Below are positions 62,021 to 64,000 of a stretch of 64,000 bases of DNA, piece after piece. The translations under genes were made by a program, and so were the position numbers. This stretch comes from Selaginella moellendorffii. Its lineage: Eukaryota > Plantae > Lycopodiophyta. The notes beneath the pieces were generated by a model. That model was not told the origin of the DNA. It worked only from the letters and a program-made list of their open reading frames with translations, and made no database searches. The stretch is taken from NCBI RefSeq assembly GCF_000143415.4, contig NW_003314373.1, forward strand, positions 452,876 to 516,875, read 5' to 3'. Position 1 is the first letter of the stretch; every line of letters begins with the position of its first letter.

Positions 62021-62783
62021 TTCGCTGCTCTGCTTCACGGACAAAATCTCTTTCGTTCTGCCAACGAGTTACGTCCACAAAGACACAAAACGAGAAGCTA
62101 TAGAGACGTACATGGCAGAATCCAAAGAGTTAAGAAACACCGGTGTTTGTTGCTGCCGGAATTCAGCCTTTGCTGATGGATGGACCTGTTGTGCTCTGTC
62201 GATCATAACTTTGGCCAGAATGATTTGTATGAATGTCCTGGCTATGCCCACTGGGCTCCCGAAACCTCCGGGAGCCAGAGGTCCGGTGGCCACCCCACCC
62301 TGTTCTCTCTATATACATGAGCATCTCATTCTCAGCTATCATGGGATCAGATTTTCTGTAGCTGATCCTGATGATCCATCATGCTCCCAGTGACTGATCA
62401 ACTACAAGCGATACCTCCGGGTTCATGGCGACATGACGAACGGTAGCAGCAGCGCATTCAGCTCGCTGACCTTGAAATAGTTTGTGCGCAAGGATGTCGT
62501 TGAAAAATCGTCGTGGATCGAGCCATCATGAAGAACAAAGAAAGGAGTGAAATGCAAAATCTTGTGCCGGTCCTTGCAGATTCATTGTTCGCATTGCCAT
62601 CTTCAGATCCATGGCTACAACACTCACGAATTGATATATCCAGAGTAAACTAAACATTATATTAAAATATTTCATCACTTACTGGCCGTTTTTAGAATAG
62701 CTCTGGAATTAAAATATTTCGAGCCAAAAGAAGAGAAAGATCCGTGCTTTGAACAAAAGAGCGGGAGGGTCACAACGTTCGTA

Positions 62784-62849
62784 ACGAATATACGTTTCGT
62801 ACTATTTAAGCCATTCCAAGATTATACCCACGAATATACGTTTCGTACT
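62784..62849. repeat. 20-bp perfect direct repeat ACGAATATACGTTTCGTACT x2 with a 26-bp spacer
   Basis: Copies at 62784-62803 and 62830-62849, just downstream of the Fic stop codon. Confidence 0.85.
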
Positions 62850-62868
62850 GCCCTGTGTTTAGGGTTTT

Positions 62869-63885
62869 TCAACTTGGCGTGATCTTGGGGAGCCAAGCAA
62901 ACATTCTCTTCCAGCCAACATACACGCCCTCGATCACCAATGCAGCCAAATCCGAGGGGGGATAGACCTTAAACTCGGCCAGGGCCTCTTCAGTCACGCA
63001 ATACTTGTCAATCGATCCTTCCATGAGCGGGAATTCGTGCTTCTCCTGCGCTCGAGCAAAGCACTCGTAGTACGCGCGCTTGTCCACGAAAGGAGGCTCC
63101 TCTTCCCTATCCGTAACGAACAAAACATTCGGGAAAGGCATCACGCTCCGGAGGATCGCAGCGAGAAGAACACGCCCGATCCGCCCATTCCCATCGCGAA
63201 ACGGGTGGATCCGCTCAAACTCAAAGAAGAATCTGGCTCCAAACTTGAGCAAATCCTCGGTTTGCTCCACACTGATCAAGCTTTCTTCCTGGCTCGCCGG
63301 GAACATCTCCTCGAGCTCGCGATTCGCGTCCTCGACCAGCTTCTCCAGCGAGCTCTCCACTTGGGTCGGCCACGTAAAGACGTGAAGGCCGCCAGTCACC
63401 ATTCTTGTGTAGGCAATCTCGTGGGGATCCTTGCGGAGGCGAGCTGCGATCTTGGGCTTGGTGCTCCTCATGAGCTCGCCGTGGGCCTCCAAGATCTTGG
63501 GAACACTCAGCTTTGGGATCACGATCCCATGGTGGGCTTGATCATCATCTCCTTCTAGCGGCGGAAACATCGCTCGCAGTGACTTGTGGAGGCAGCGCAC
63601 GGCCTCGAGCCTGGAATCCGACTGAACGGCGTCTCCCAACGCGAGCGCCCCATTGCAAAAGATGGCATCCCGGGTCTCGGCGTAGGTGTCGAATCCTTCT
63701 TGCTCGATCTTGTTTACCTGGAAAAGATACTGCGCCAATGCTTCCTTTGCGTGAATCTCCATCGCCCAGCGCTGCTGCTTGTCCGGGAGGCGCTTGAATC
63801 TATCCACAAACGCGTGGATTCTTACCACTTGATCGCTTGTGCTCGCCCTCCAGAAAGGAACCTGGGATGCCGCGTACTTCCACAT
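62869..63885 (-). CDS. Fic/Doc (Fido) domain protein, putative AMP transferase, intronless
   Basis: 338-aa ORF with the complete catalytic motif FERIHPFRDGNGRIGR, upstream ILEAHGELM helix and flap region, and downstream YYECF helix. Confidence 0.9.
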   Translation of the reverse strand: MWKYAASQVPFWRASTSDQVVRIHAFVDRFKRLPDKQQRWAMEIHAKEALAQYLFQVNKIEQEGFDTYAETRDAIFCNGALALGDAVQSDSRLEAVRCLHKSLRAMFPPLEGDDDQAHHGIVIPKLSVPKILEAHGELMRSTKPKIAARLRKDPHEIAYTRMVTGGLHVFTWPTQVESSLEKLVEDANRELEEMFPASQEESLISVEQTEDLLKFGARFFFEFERIHPFRDGNGRIGRVLLAAILRSVMPFPNVLFVTDREEEPPFVDKRAYYECFARAQEKHEFPLMEGSIDKYCVTEEALAEFKVYPPSDLAALVIEGVYVGWKRMFAWLPKITPS

Positions 63886-64000
63886 AGATATTGAAGAACC
63901 CTAAAATTCCACGTCAGCTCTTTAATCCTAGAACCAGGATCTTTTGAGTGCTCAAAGTCGCTTTAAAGTAAACGCCCTGTTAAAAGTGCGGTCGCCATAC

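Noticed and set aside
62784-62849. CRISPR array
   Set aside because: Only two 20-bp repeats, eukaryotic context, no cas genes. The LTR minisatellites also lack unique spacers.

Overview
Eukaryotic land-plant nuclear DNA. Very short (50-70 nt) GT-AG introns, tight gene spacing, intronless PLS-class PPR genes and one-intron polyphenol oxidases suggest a compact lycophyte genome such as Selaginella (inference, not verified). Layout: (1) 1-9.5 kb is a gene-dense block with a plastid ATP/ADP transporter (5'-truncated), a PPR gene, a class II DAHP synthase and a second PPR gene. (2) 9.9-26.3 kb is a decayed Ty3/gypsy retrotransposon with nested insertions: a younger non-autonomous LTR element (family B, TSD CATCT), two inverted solo LTRs and an odd PBS-PPT-LTR module. 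(3) 27.5-32.6 kb holds a DUF676 lipase-like gene and a GT34 xyloglucan xylosyltransferase. (4) 32.8-62.0 kb is a tandemly duplicated block of polyphenol oxidase (PPO) genes interleaved with fragments of a METTL25/RRNAD1-like methyltransferase. It has two intact-looking PPOs, one with a 9-aa deletion and one pseudogene with an internal inversion. The two units are separated by a ~14.4 kb Helitron that itself carries a second non-autonomous LTR element (family C) and a solo LTR. (5) 62.9-63.9 kb is an intronless Fic-domain (AMPylase-motif) gene. Most notable signals: a five-hairpin RNA with two perfect tRNA T-arms/Pol III B-boxes, plus a duplicated covarying junction, inside the non-coding LTR element; a cis-module shared by three LTR families; the plant Fic gene; and a PPO pseudogene whose transcript would be antisense to its sister genes. 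Coordinates were read by eye; no alignments or searches were run.
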